From NCBI RefSeq assembly GCF_009914755.1, contig NC_060929.1: a stretch of 64,000 nucleotides of DNA; one strand, written 5' to 3'. Numbering within the stretch: the stretch's first letter is position 1; each line of letters begins with the position of its first letter. The position numbers and the translations under genes are program-made. The stretch comes from the human T2T-CHM13v2.0 reference genome, Homo sapiens. A model generated the notes under the pieces. It ran no database searches. It saw only the letters and a list, made by a program, of their open reading frames with translations, and was not told the DNA's origin. Shown one piece after another: positions 28,006-41,662 of this stretch.

Positions 28006-29261
28006 ATTGAGACAACGGCTCTTGAGAATAATTGGCTACTCAAGATACACCATCTGATCTCATTTATAGAATAAATTACTCTTTGGACTAGTTGATCTTT
28101 TAATCTGTGAGTATCAATCATAAAGTAATTTGTAACAGTGAAATCAAGAAAGGATTAAAACTCAAGAACTTCTCCCTCTCACACACACGCAATGTTCAGC
28201 TTAATAACTGCAATCCTGAAAACTACTATTTCTAATTTGAAAATATTGTTGGAGAGGAAAATATTGTTATCAATCAAGTAGTAACATAAATATCTTTGGG
28301 AAATTCCCTGAAATAAACTAGAAGCCATCATTCTCTGTAAATCTTTCTTTTCTCAGAATGATTTTTCCCTCAATTGAAATCTAAACTTGTGTTAGTGAAT
28401 ACCATAAATTTAAAGAATACACAGTTCAAACTCTGAAAGCATGCTCGTCTCCAAACTATAAAAATCTTATAAATATCAAATACCCCTTATGATGATGTAG
28501 CAGAATGTGTTATGTGCTGCATTTCCCAGGACAAAGGATTCGGCCAGCTGCACTTCCTTCTTCTTTCAGCTGCCTATCACCTCCCCTTTTCCTCAGAGTC
28601 TGTAATGTCTACCTCCTTTACTGGTGTCACAGTCAAATGTAGCAAAACTCTTTCTTTATTGAAACTTTCAAATCACTGAGAAAGAGATGATTTCAAACCC
28701 AGCCATGGGAGCCTTTCCTGATTAAGAAGTTTGCTGTCAATTATCAAGTAAATTTTTCAAAAAAAGAAATATGTTGGTGCTGAATCATATATAACCTGTC
28801 CCGTGGAGAACTTAGTTCTCTGGGTGGGTATCTATTTTTTTCTAATTTGTTGAAAATCAAAAAGATCAGTGAAGGTGGACAAGAAAGAAAATGAACAAAG
28901 AACATATGTCAGGCCCATGCAAGCAGAAGCTGAGCCTAAGAGCAAGCTCCAGGGGCCTCTACTGTTCCAGCAGAGATGGAGGTTAGGTGAATCAGCAGTC
29001 ACCCCAGAGAAGGCCTGCAGAGTGACAGCCTAGAGTCTAGTGGGCCACATACAACACACTTACACTATACTCCTTTAGACCAACAGTATGGGGTGACAAA
29101 ATTGGTTGGATATGAAGTTAGGAGACGTCCAACAAACTGTGAGATTTGGGGCCAATTGCCTAAATTCCATAGGCCTCAGCTTTCTCTGTTAAAAGCAGAG
29201 GTCAATAAGAGAAGTGGCTTTGAAACTTTTTAAAAAAATAGCTATTTTCTCCCCAAATGAC

Positions 29262-29294
29262 AGATAGGTAGATGATAGATAGATAGATAGATAG
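29262..29294. repeat. (GATA)n microsatellite
   Basis: Seen directly. Confidence 0.9.
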
Positions 29295-29719
29295 TTTTAC
29301 TATTTGAAACAGAGAGAAGTGAAGCTATTTAAGGGTACTGGACAGGAGTAACCCGATTCCCTGACTTTCCTCTTCTTGCCCCTTAATCCCAGTGGCTACT
29401 GAATCACTTCCATGGAGATTTTAGAGAACACTGGAGCGCAGTTTGGAAGGCCTTGCCAGGAAGCCACCTCAGGTCACATCATTTTAGATTTATTTTTCTA
29501 ATGTGAAGAAAGTATTCATTAGATAGGGAAAGAAAATAAGAAATTTCTGATAAAAGCAAGCTTGGGCAAAGGTCAGAAATGGCCAATAAGTCATTTTTAA
29601 ACTGTGTTACTTTCTACAAGCTACAGCCAGTGCATTTTCCCATGACCTAGAAGTCTAAGGAGTTGATGTTATGAAATATGGCTGGGTAAACTGAAAGAAC
29701 CCAACTCTAGGGTGCTGGC

Positions 29720-29890
29720 ATTAACTGTGATGTTTTGCAAGTTTTCTCACATTCTTATGTTTTCGTTTTTTTATTTGCACAGTCAGACAATATCTACCTC
29801 ATATAGTTGTTTTGAAAATTTGATGAAGTGATTTATGAGAGTTTAGGGTAGAAGCTGACACACAGTAAGTACTGAGGGAATTATTGTTTT
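29720..29890 (+). mobile_element. MIR SINE relic
   Basis: CTGTGA..TTGCAAGT..TATCTACCTCATATAGTTGTT..CTGACACACAGTAAGTACT. Confidence 0.65.
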
Positions 29891-31248
29891 TATTGATGAT
29901 GTTAATAAAGACATGCTGTGCTATCACTGCAAATATCAGCACAGCTTTTACTTCTGCATGGCATTGAGGAGGCCACAAAAACTGACTGAACTCAAAGTCT
30001 GGCTACATGGTGGCCCCAAAATAAGGCATGACTGTTATTAAAGTAACAAGGAAAATCATAAGTCAAATAAGGAGTTACATTATCAATATGCAATTCTGCT
30101 AATGTTTCTTCTCAAAACTATATTTATTAATGTAATAGGTTTAGGTACCAATTTGAAATTATCATTTTCATATTTTACTGAATATTAAATGTCTTTTGAA
30201 ATACAAAGGAATGGATTTTCAGAATTGCAGCTCTGAAAATTTCACATTCAGAGAAATTTCACATTCAGAGAAAGGCTAATTCAATTCTCTTGATTTTTCA
30301 GATTAATAAACCTATAAGCATTTAATATGCCACTTTAAACACTGTATTATATGAAATAGGCTCACAAGATATGGATGTACAAATTTAGGGTGCTTAAATA
30401 TTAATTCACAATAAATTTTGTATCAGTTATGGATCTTGACAACCAAGTTAGCATCATCACTGTATTCTTTCTGTCTAAGCAAGTTGGAAAATTAGATAAG
30501 AAGTTGAATTCTAATTAAAGAGTTGTTTCAAATGCATGGAAGTTAGGTATAGAACTCAAACATGTGGCTACTCTACTTGGGGAAACTGAATTGTGCAAAT
30601 TTACCCAGCCTTGGGTTGATAGAACCCTGAGTAGAGCCCACATCTGTTTGACTCCAACAATTATACTCAGTATTAATGACGATGACACTGTACTGGATGT
30701 TGTGAAAGATAAAAGAGAAGTATGTTGCCCTCAGAGAGCTTGTAATCCCACTGGGAAGCACCTCTCACATTTATTGTACTATTAGCAAATCATATAAGGC
30801 AATATCTAATCAATGCCCAAGGCCCAGGTGTTAATTACAGTAAGAAAAAGTACAATAAAATCCAGAAGAGTCAAGGAAATTCTTCAGAAAGGAGTTAGTC
30901 AGAATATAAAAGATGAGAATCCTAGCTAGAGGTCTATCAAAATTGTTTACCTTTGCTCATGTTTGAGTTCACAGCTGCTCGTGAGAAGTTAGAATATAGT
31001 TGGTTTGGGGATGCAAGTTTTTGTCATAGTGTAATACGTTTTCATGAGGTTCATTTATATATAGTAGACATTAGCGAAAGTGCTGTACTAGGACACCATC
31101 TTCCCAAAAGTACATATCATCAATTATCTTTAATAATAAATGAGTAGCAATTCGCTTGAATTGTCTTGTATTGTTTCTCAATCATAAAACCAGCTGAGAA
31201 ACAAAAGGTATGTGTAACCTTTCATTGCAGATTAAAATTGCCCTAACA

Positions 31249-31468
31249 CAAAGGTTCCCAATGGAGAAGATTATCACCCTGCAGAGGACATTTGGCAATG
31301 TCTGAAGACATGTTTGAGAGTCTCCTTTGGGGTAAAATGAAGTGCCACTGGCAAATAATAGGTTAAAATACAGAGATCTTGATATCCTCCAACGCACAAG
31401 ACAGCTCCTCTCTATAAGAATTATCCAATATGAAGAATTATCCATCATGCTGAAGTGGGAAAACTAGG
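31249..31468. mobile_element. MER20 hAT-Charlie DNA transposon
   Basis: GGACATTTGGCAATGTCTGAAGACAT ... ATCCTCCAACGCACAAGACAGC ... AAGAATTATCC. Confidence 0.8.
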
Positions 31469-31777
31469 CCAAGGCTAAAGAAATATCCTGTATAAGGTTA
31501 CCAGTGCTCAGCCCCCAGACACATTAAAGGCCCTCTAGTTTGAGATTCCTCTATTTCCCCCTACCACCCTAACCTACACCCTACACCCTAATTCTTAACT
31601 TGAATCAAGATTTGTATTCTACAAAAAGAAAAAAAGATTTATATTCCAGGAATTATGGGTTGAACTTCACAGAAAAAATTAAAAGTATGTGTAGCAAAAT
31701 TTCCATTTTGATCCTTAGCCCATTCTAGTTTTTTTTTTAATGTTTGCATAGAATGTATTTTTATCTTGCTATTCACT

Positions 31778-31880
31778 TTCTCCCTTTCCTTTCCTTTCCT
31801 TTCCTTTCCTTTCCTCTCCTCTCCTCTCCTCTCCTCTCCCCTTCCCTTCCCTTTCTGTCCCTTCCCTGCCCTTCCCTTTC
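31778..31880. repeat. (TTTCC)n/(TCTCC)n pyrimidine tract
   Basis: Seen directly. Confidence 0.9.
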
Positions 31881-31904
31881 CTACATGACACCATACCTTG
31901 TTAA

Positions 31905-32049
31905 GATTTCTTTTTCTTTTTCTTTTTTAAAGTAAAGACGAGGTTTCACTATGTTGCCCAGGCTGGTCTCAAACTCATGGGCTCAAGCAATCCTCTCACT
32001 TCAGCCTCTCAAAGTGCTGTGATTACAGACACAAGCCACGGCATCTGGC
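31905..32049 (-). mobile_element. FLAM_C / AluJ left monomer
   Basis: CACTATGTTGCCCAGGCTGGTCTCAAACTC..GGCTCAAGCAATCCT..AAAGTGCTG, single monomer. Confidence 0.85.
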
Positions 32050-32711
32050 TATATTCACTTTCAACAGGAAAGTAAATATAAAAAATTAGATTGATCAAAG
32101 ATGCACATTTTATGCAAATCAAAAAGAGAAGAGGGATAATGTTTCGTGATAAAAACAATTTTGTAAGAGAAGGAAGCATGTTCAAGTTACAAATGCTAAA
32201 ATGCATGAATCTAAAGAAAAAATACTTTAATGTTTATATTGTTGTTCAGTTTTTCAACACCTTTTCACACCTATGGTTTTCACTGTGTCCTTGCTGAGAT
32301 GGACAGAGCAAAGTTATTAGTACTATTGTAAGATGGCAAAAGATGGAAACCAAGAGATCTAAGCAGCATTTCTATGGCCACAGTTCTTTCTTTTATTCCA
32401 TATCAATTGATGTCTAAAAGTTATTTAGTGATAAGACTTCAGAATCCAGCAATATGCAATAAGAAAAATTCTGAAGAGAAATAAAGCACAAAGTGGTTAA
32501 GAAGTATTTTGTGTTCTTATAAATAAAAAGGGAAATGTTATTCATAAGATGAAAAAACGGTCATTTTCCTTCAGGAAGTAGTAAAAAGAGAGCTATAGAG
32601 GTATTACTGACAAGGAGTTTGAAAACAAAGGCATGCGATGATTCCAAGACTACTTTCTATAAGGGTGTGAAGCAGAATATAGAAATCACATCTCCCACTT
32701 TGTTAATTATT

Positions 32712-32833
32712 CATTTTGCTGAACAGAAGCTTTTTAGTCTGATGCAACCCCATTTACATATTTTTGCTTTTGGTACCTGTACATTGGGATTATAGCCAAA
32801 AAATCATTGCCCAGACCAATGTCATGAAGCTTT
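32712..32833 (-). mobile_element. Short L1 ORF2 fragment
   Basis: TTTTGCTG..CAGAAGCTTTTTAGT.TGATGCAA..CCATTT..TTGCCCAGACCAATGTCATG. Confidence 0.7.
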
Positions 32834-34649
32834 TAAGACTCCAAATCATAGCTGCAGTTTTACAACTTCTAGGCATATGTGTTTTATTTTATTGATCAGG
32901 ATCCTTTTCCACAAAAATGAGACTTACTGGAAAGGCTATTTCAGGGTCAGTATTTGGTAACCTGTCTTAAGTTAATGTGCCAAATATAAGGCACATTAAA
33001 AAAAATCTAAGCTCCACAAATGGAAATTAAAATTGGAAACCCCAAAAAGATAAGCTTCATACCAACTCCAAATGATAATGCATCATAATCCTTTAGGAAT
33101 CATACTGTAAGAAGTTTCTTATTTTTCCATGAATTACATACTCAATATGTCCTTATTTGCTTAATACTTTGAAATGACGAGGAAATCACCCTTTTCAAAC
33201 AAGTAATAGACTAATTATTGTGGGCATATCTATTCTTTCCCAACATGGACGCAGACCTTCTCTCTCTTACTCCTAAAGCCAAAGTTTACTTAATATTATA
33301 ATTGATTTGGAAGTGGTTTTCAGAAATTTCTCAATCACTGCGAAGAATTCACAGCAGACCATCAAAGATTCTGCTTTACTTAATCTCTTTCATGTGAAAA
33401 TAAATGATTTGACTCTCCTAATAGTAAATGTTTATTCTGGGATTTTCACATAAAGTTTAGAAAAAAAAGTCCCAAATATCCTTCATAGCTTTGACTAGCA
33501 TAGAAAATTCATAGAGGTTTCTGTTTTCCCCAAAAAAACCTGGAGATAACTGTAGAAAATTCTTTTTCAGGTAACGCAGTTTTACAACCTCTCATTTCAA
33601 AAGTATGTGAAACACAAATGTTTTAGATGGAATACTTATTGCCACTAAATATGTTCCAGAACATGTTTGTTTCATGGTGTTATTGAATTCTTTTTTATCT
33701 AAAGTGTTGTTCTCGCTCTCTCTCTCTTTCGAGCCTTCGAGTCAGTGCAGTTCTAATAGCAGCAGAGGAGCTTCTGATCACTACCCCACCTTGATTGTCT
33801 CTGTTGTGTAAATAATTTTGTTTTGAAATTTGAAAATTTATTTTAAACTTTTATTCTTAAGTTAAATAATTTTGAAATTATTTTTCCTAACATGACTCAT
33901 CCTGAATGTATGAGTTAGGGCAAAGTCCAGGGACAATGGTCCAACTTCATGCTTGCTTATCTTTTCTTCCAGTTCTCTAATTGTTTTCCCATATTTTTGA
34001 GTTCTTGGTCTCTCTTTATACATTTGATCATATATGCTTATAGAGAGTATCAGTTCAGGTAACCACTTTTAGTTGTGGTTAACAGAAACCTGTCAGACTT
34101 AAGAGATGACAAGTGGCCAGACCATGTGTTGTTATATATTCACAAATGTTAAATCCACTGGGGGATCTAATTCAACCTCAAAAATCAGGTTCAGTACTGT
34201 GCATAATCTCCTGATTTAGGTACGTTGCTATCCAAAATAAGTAATGGATGGATCCAAAATCCATTATGGATCCAAAAATAAGTAATGACTTCAATGAATG
34301 TACAGATGAGTAGAGGATGAACCGAGATTTCAAATGGCTAGAATACAAGCAAAAGGGTTTAATTAATATCAAAGAAGAGTCACCAAAAAGAGCAATGTGT
34401 TTAGAATTTCTAATATATTCTAGGTGTATATATGTGTTATATATAGATGATTGTATTTAATGTTTATATTAAAATAAAATACTGTGTATCGATTTTACAG
34501 ATTTTTTTTAAAAAATAGAAGGCCAAAAAGAGATATACATTTTTTTCAAAGTTTTGAAATTAGTCATAGGCAGGGTTAGGGTTTGAATTCAGGTCTGTCT
34601 GAACCAATAATGTACATCCTCTCTGAAGGCTATTACACCCATAGGAAGT

Positions 34650-35330
34650 AATGGGAGCACAGGTGGTAAAAGTGGTAGCCAGAAGGAAATCATAAATAAA
34701 ATGTGACTTGGAATAGTCCATAAAGTAAGGGGCAAGCGGTCATGGAAAGGGTATCTACAAGAGCACGAGCACCAGTGCATGTTTTGGGAAGACCTGCTGT
34801 TTGATTTTACCATCTGTGTAGGTCAATACCATGAGAAGACATCAGAAAGCTCTGAATAATCAGTGTTTTAATTATCAAACTAAGAAGTTTTTTTTTTTTT
34901 AATTCAGGATATACAATATGAGAATTACAGGCTCATAGCAACATGACAGAAACTCTGACAGCAGTATGAAAGAAGATATTTCAAAGGGAGGAGAAAGGGG
35001 ACAAGGCAGAGAGATGAGTTTTCAGTATTCTGGCAAGAGAAGGTGAGAGTCCAAATTGTGGTGATGAGAATGGGACTGTCAATAAGAGCACAGACATAAG
35101 AAAAAGGCACCCATGTGGCGAGTCACTCAGCTGAACTTGGCAGTGGATTGAATGGGATGAGCAAGGGAGATAAAGAAGACCAATATTCCTCAAGATTTCA
35201 ATCATGGTTTGATCAAGTTAATGGTGATTCAGTTACCTGATATAAGAGGGTGAAAAAAAAAAGGATCTGTCTGAGGTTGGGGCGTGGCAGGGCTGAAGAT
35301 GATCTGTGAGATTTTTTTAATATGATCCCA
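34650..35330 (-). mobile_element. L2 LINE relic
   Basis: Purine-rich diverged L2-like motifs (GGCAAGAGAAGGTGAG, GAACTTGGCAGTGGATTGAATG). Confidence 0.5.
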
Positions 35331-38141
35331 TTACTGGAATAACACTAGATGGACAAAAACATAAAGTGTTTTACAAGGATTAAATAAATGATTAGGGTAG
35401 ATAACCATTGCCTGGGCCTCTTAAAAGCTAAAATCATAGTAAAAGATACCTAGAGAAACACATTCCAAGTATATAAATAATTTGTTTATGAGAACGTTCT
35501 TTTTTAGATTAAAAAAAAGAATCAGAAGGTCTTTGGGAAATCACTCTCTCACACTTTTTGGTCTCAGTGGTGTTTGAAGTTATTAGGTGTTACTCCTGCA
35601 GAATTTGCCTTGATAAGTAGATACTTCCCAGGGGATAAAATCCAAGAATATAATATTAAAAATGAAAAAGGCAAAAAGAGGAAGGGAAAGGCCAAGACAC
35701 CTGAAAAATCAGTGAAAGGAGAGCTAAAGTTACTTAAAATGTAGTTTGGGAAGTAAGAGTAGCCAGTAAGGGAAACCAACAGAGGGAAGTTTGTGAAATA
35801 CCTAGAGAATTTCTCCCAATGGCTCTGTGACTTAACTATTCTCTAAGCCTAGGTGCCAGCATTATAAATAGATTTTTAAAATAAAGATGATTAGCTATAA
35901 TTATTTCCGGTTCTAGAAACGAGGAAATGCTGCTCACAATGAGATTTCCATGATAAAGGACAAGGGCAGGTTACGAGAACTCAAAGGAAGAAAGGCCCAT
36001 TAGATGGTGCCCAGGAGAGGAGTTAACATGATACTTTGTAGAGAGAAGAAAGAAAAGATTATTTGAAATCTAAGATGCATTTTAAAATATATTTACATTG
36101 TTTGGAGTAAATAAGTTTTACACCCATGTAGAAAAAAAGTCACTAAGTTGAACACTAAATTAAATTGTACAGATCAGAAAAAATAATTTCAGCTGGAGTT
36201 TCTGGGCTCTATTTTATTTATTCGTTTTACTTAAATTGAATTTAATCAAAGCATTTATATTAAGTCTGTAAGTTCAAATCAAGGGCAGCCTAGAAATATG
36301 TGGTACAAATTGATGAGCCTTGCAATAATTTTGCCTGAAAATGATTTCTGTATTTGCCTGCTGCTGACCTGGGAATTCCATTATTATGGATGCAGTCATT
36401 TATCTTAACAGTCTCTGAAAGATTTCCTTTCAAAGTGGGAATTTCCCTGAAAGTGCCTTACATACTACTTTTTTATTCACATCACACAAAAGAAAAGTTC
36501 TTCAAGGAAAAGCTACACAAAGGGAATGAGGCTTGGGAAATGAATAAGAAATAAGATGGAAAATAAATCCAATAGACTCAGACCAGGACACACAATTTTG
36601 TTATTACTTCTTTAAATTCAATTCCCACTTGTAATTTTTTTCTGAACTATTCTGGGATTAGCCTACATATTCTCTTTTTCTACCACAAAACTTTCTTCCC
36701 TGGGGCTCCATCTTCTTAAGAAATGGGGTACTGAAACGTAATTTTTCCCTAGTTCTTTATGTCCTAAGATCAACACATAAATCCTGTTTGTGTTTGCCCG
36801 GATTTTCTGGATTTTTTTTTTAACCACAAATAACTTCTGAGGAAAGATAGATTCACGTAATACACCCTGAGGAAGTTACAAAGCATGAGATTTACTAGTT
36901 ATAGGTAGCCTTATGTTTATCTGAACATGACTGAGGCAAAGCAGCATTGATTTTTAAGATTTTTCATCAGTCTTGCCTAAACCTTCAACTGATCTTGGTA
37001 AACTCCAAGCAACCTTTTGTCAATTCTGTACCAATAGCTCACCACCTTCAACACTTTCCAGGAAGATAACCCATTGTCAAGTGTAAAATCAAAGGGAAAT
37101 TCCAGACTAGTACTGGGAAAGCCTCTGCTTTCCCAAACAGAATTTCATGTTAAACCACTTATTGCCATCTTCTACTTTGTATAAAATACATGAAAAACAA
37201 AAGCTCATTTATTTGAATTAAAATCTTTGCTAATCTTCTCATCCTTTGTTTATATTTCCCCTACCTTCACCCCCACCCCATAAACTGCGTTTAAAAATAA
37301 TGTAAAGCTGTTTTGATCCATCTTTCACTTCAATAAAATATTAGGGCACTTTGACTGGAGGATCTGGAATTTGGGGGTAAAATATGAATTTATTATTCTT
37401 TGGACTTACTTCTGTGACCTTATAAAACAATCAGAAAGCAACCCTGTGGTTTGAATGACAGAACAGCAAGCAGGCCCGAAAACATTGATCAAGCTGGTCG
37501 TACTTGGGCACAGTTCTGCCTTTTGTTTCCCTTATTAGCTCTGTTAAAAAGACCAGCCTGGACCGTGGGCATGTTGTTGAGAACAGAATGATCACTACTG
37601 CCAATTCTCATAGACTTTAATTTTCCTTATTTTCCTGTCTCTTGGGACTTGAAGAGAACTTTTAGATAAATAAAATTCATAAATACATCTGGAAAGTTTA
37701 TTAATATTGGTAATATTGGTAATGAGAGGGTGCTAAACATAATTTCTGGGCTAAGTCAAACAAATATGGGACTGAAGTAGAAAGTCCTCAACGAGTCACA
37801 GAGTGTAACAATGTCTTACCCCAACACCCTTCTCCCTTTCAATTTTTTCTAATGAACCTTTCTTTTGGATTCCTGGGATGGGATGTTTTTGTAAATTATG
37901 AGATATTTACCACTCCTCTCCCAAAGTAACAACCTTTGCAAACATATAAATTTTCCGGTATTTAAAAAAAAATCGTCATATTAATGTTTCACAGAGCAAA
38001 GGTTAATTCAGGGAGGAGGAAAATAAAGATAAGTGATAGAAAAGGGAGAGAAATTCCACAGGCAAAGTTAGACTGTCTGAGTTTCACTTGTGTCCATCAC
38101 AGCTACTCCGTCAATAAGAGATATCTCCACTTATGTTAATT

Positions 38142-38333
38142 AGTGGTGTGATGAACTGGCTCCAAACTGCCTGCAAGAGACCTAAAGATATATATCTCTT
38201 CCAAACTTCTAGTTCACTGATTTCACATTTGTATTGTGAAATAAGTCATGGTAGAAGCATTTATGCCATGGGAATCAGAAAATGCTTTAAATCAGACCAT
38301 TTACTTTTGTAGAGCCCAATTACAAGCTCACTG
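38142..38333. mobile_element. MER63A-like hAT-Blackjack DNA transposon relic
   Basis: AGTGGTGTG..ATCTCTTCCAAACT..GTTCACTGA..CATGGTAGAAGCATTTA..AAATCAG..CACTG. Confidence 0.6.
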
Positions 38334-38464
38334 CTGATTACAATTTACATTAGAGAAAAGAAAATGCAAGAGAAGTCCTATCCAACATACACACAGTGCT
38401 CTCCCTGGAAGAACATCTGATTAACATCATTTTTATTTTTCATTTCCAGAGATGTCTTAGTATT

Positions 38465-38595
38465 CCTTATGTTGTAGTGATTCCTTGATTGGCAGTATCA
38501 CCATTACCTGAGAACTTGTGAGTCAGAATCTCTGGGTGGTGAGGCAACATTACAGCCTTTCAGGGGTTCTGATGCATGCTAAAGTTTGAGACTTG
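38465..38595. mobile_element. MER5A-like fragment
   Basis: ATTACCTGAGAACTTG..TCAGAATCTCTGGG..TTCTGATGCATGCTAAAGTTTGAG. Confidence 0.65.
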
Positions 38596-38620
38596 TACAT
38601 TGGCATCTAGGTGATTCTTT

Positions 38621-38922
38621 GTTTCTTTTTTTTTCTTTTTTGAGATGGAGTCTCGCTCTGTCGCCCAGGCTGGAGTGCAGTGGCACGATCTCGGCTCACT
38701 GCAAGCTCCGCCTCCCAGGTTCATGCCATTCCCCTGCCTCAGCCTCCTGAGTAGCTGGGACTACAGGTGCCCACCACCACACCCGGCTAATTTTTTGTAT
38801 TTTTAGTAGAGATGGGGTTTCACCGTGTTAGCCAGGATGGTCTCAATATCCTGACTTCATGATCCGCCCACCTCAGCCTCCCAAAGTGCTGGGATTACAG
38901 GCGTGAGCCACCACGCCCGGCC
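38621..38922 (-). mobile_element. AluY (CpG-decayed)
   Basis: GCAAGCTCCGCC and CCGTGTTAGCCAGGATGG. Imperfect TSD CTAGGTGATTCTTT / CCAGGTGTTTCTTT. Confidence 0.92.
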
Positions 38923-38945
38923 CCAGGTGTTTCTTTCAATCTAGT

Positions 38946-38954
38946 TGTGTGTGT

Positions 38955-38988
<34 letters not shown>
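38946..38988. repeat. (TG)n microsatellite
   Basis: Seen directly. Confidence 0.95.
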
Positions 38989-38991
<3 letters not shown>

Positions 38992-39419
38992 GGTTTGAAT
39001 ATGGTTTGTCCCCACCAAAACTCCAACTGAGGCTTGGTCCCTAATGTGGTTGTGCAGGGAGGCAGTACCTTTAACAAGTGATTAAGTTATTACGATGGAT
39101 TAGTCTCTTGAGAGACGGGGTTAGGTCTCCCAGGAATGGATTAGTTATCTCAGCAATGGATTGGTTCTCCCAAAAGAGCAAGTTGTTATAAAGCAAGGTT
39201 GCCTCTCATATTTAGTTTTTTTTTGTGTACACACCCACTTCCCCTTCCACTTCTCTGCCATATTGTGTTGAAGCACAAGGCCTTCACCGGAAGACAAGAA
39301 GATGCCAGTGCCATGCTCTTGGACTTTCCAACCTCCAGAAAGATGAGCCAAATAAACCTCTTTTCCTTAAAAATTACTCAGTCTCAGATATTCTATTACA
39401 GCAACATTAAGCTAAGACA
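38986..39419 (+). mobile_element. MSTB-like MaLR solo LTR
   Basis: TGTTATGGTTTGAATATGGTTTGTCCCCACCAAAACTC ... TGAGCCAAATAAACCTCTTTTC ... CTAAGACA. Confidence 0.85.
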
Positions 39420-41369
39420 CTGTGTTTTGAGGGGGCAGCAGATGTTAAGGTGCATTATTTAGGGTTTGATTTTAAGATGGGGATATAGTAAAGCTTATTT
39501 GTGGTTAATTCTTAAGATTAAAAGGATCCAAGCTAATAGGAAAAAAACTAGCAGCAGGGGCAAGATAGAAGATACAGGATAAGGCAAGTGAAATTCAACC
39601 AAATTCCTTGGCAATAGGATTTGGGACCCAAAATACAGATAATGAAACTAATCTTGAACAAAAACAAAGGCACATTTTCCACCTTCTACCAAACCAGTAA
39701 GTCTTATTCTTTAGACACTTGCTCCATCTCTACCACCTCCCACCTTTTTCATAATAGGATGCCTACAATATATTTTTTAAGTAAAATTGCTTTTTTTAAA
39801 AAGAAAAAAAGCAGATGTGATATGTATTGAGATCTATGAGCAACTGGCTGTCAAACCCTCAGATCTCACAATAAGTTATTTGCATGGAATTTAAATGAAA
39901 GCTTTCTCTCACTGACATTACTAGATGAATTAATATATTATGTCATTTATTTGTTATTTGAAGTGGGAAAATGTTTAAAATGGGCAAATATATACACTCA
40001 ATAAGGGCTATCATGTGCTGAATATTCATTATTTCATTTCTTCATATTTGTATAAGGCAGTTCCCATTAGCTATTTTATCTGGATTGACTAAAATTCAGA
40101 GATATTTAAGTTAATTTCTGAAGATACCTGAGTTAATCAATTGCCTACAATTGTCTCATAAATATTTCTTAGTGCAATAGATTCTAAAGCTTACATATTC
40201 TGCTTACTTATTTTTATTGACATTACTGGCAGAACTAGCAATCTGAAGGAAATAAAGTACATTTTATAGTAAGTTGATACAATAGTGTCAATAACACGGT
40301 AATTTTCAATGAAAATAATTATAGAAAGCTGATTCTTCCTATGACATCAGGAAGAGTAGCTATAAATCATACTGATAAAGATGGTTCTATATTCGCATTG
40401 TGCAGGAGCAAAGTAATAGACATGAATATCTTAGAAGAATGTTTATAATCATTTAGTTTGAGAATGAGCAGTTAGCAATACAAAATCATCAGGGATTTTT
40501 CATAGGCTTTATTCTAAACCTAACCTATTAACAGGGTACAGATCAGACCTGTCAATGTCTCCTTAACTAAAACATTTCCAGAAATCTCAGGCTTAATTGC
40601 TCAGCTGTTTCTATTTTCTGCTCATTAGTTTTTCTTAAAATTATAAGACAGAGCTTTTAATCAACACAAGGCAAGCCTACTACATCAGCCACCTCAGTGT
40701 GACCTCTATCGTCATAACCACATAGCATTGTCCTTACTTTTCCCATGTTGGCATGCGACTTACACTAGAGAGATGCTAGATCGACTAGACCGCATATATT
40801 CTCTTGATCCCAGCTCCACCAACCTTCCAGGAAGCATTTTTTTTTTTTTGTCTTTTTTGAAAAGCTGATTTTTTACCCTCCAATCAAACTTGGTTTTAAA
40901 GTAATATTATCCTAGTTTAGAGAACGCTACCTTGGCACTATGAATACTCTCTGTTCAACAGAGTAGAACCAAGTAGAACCTTTCCACTGCAAATGAATTA
41001 TTTTTTATCTTGGTAGGTTTCAATTGCATGAAGGTAGAAAGCTTTTTCATCTGCCTGTGATTTACCTCTTACCTTACGAATTAAACATGAACTGCTATTC
41101 TCGAGCTCATTGAACCTTACAGAGAAATTCAAATTATTACAGGACATTCACTCAGTGTTTCCCTGTTAAAGGGCTGCAGCTTCAAGTAGTTTTCCTTTGT
41201 TTACAGCTGTCCCTTCAATGAATCACTTTTAAGAAATAAAAAGAACCACATACTCAATATCACAACAATACATTCTACCTATTTTTCTTTCCCAGTTTGA
41301 AATCACTTTAATTTTGCCATCAGTGAAAAAGGAAGTGCTGTATTTTCTTTATGTTGCAATAGAAAAATT

Positions 41370-41662
41370 ACATATATATATGTCTGTATATGTGTATATA
41401 TATGTGTATGTGTGTTGTGTATGTACATATACATATATGTTTCCCACCTTATGAAAACTGGTGATTAAACAACATTCATCAAGTTTTATATATATAAACA
41501 TATATTATATATACTATATGTGTAAATATATAGTGTATATATATATACAGAATTTATATACAGAATACATATACAAAATCTATATACATATATGTATACA
41601 CACACATATATATAAACTGATAACATATTACGTGTATTTCTGTAAATGTGTTTATGTGTGTG
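41370..41662. repeat. Degenerate (TA)/(TG)/(CA) low-complexity region
   Basis: Seen directly. Confidence 0.85.
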
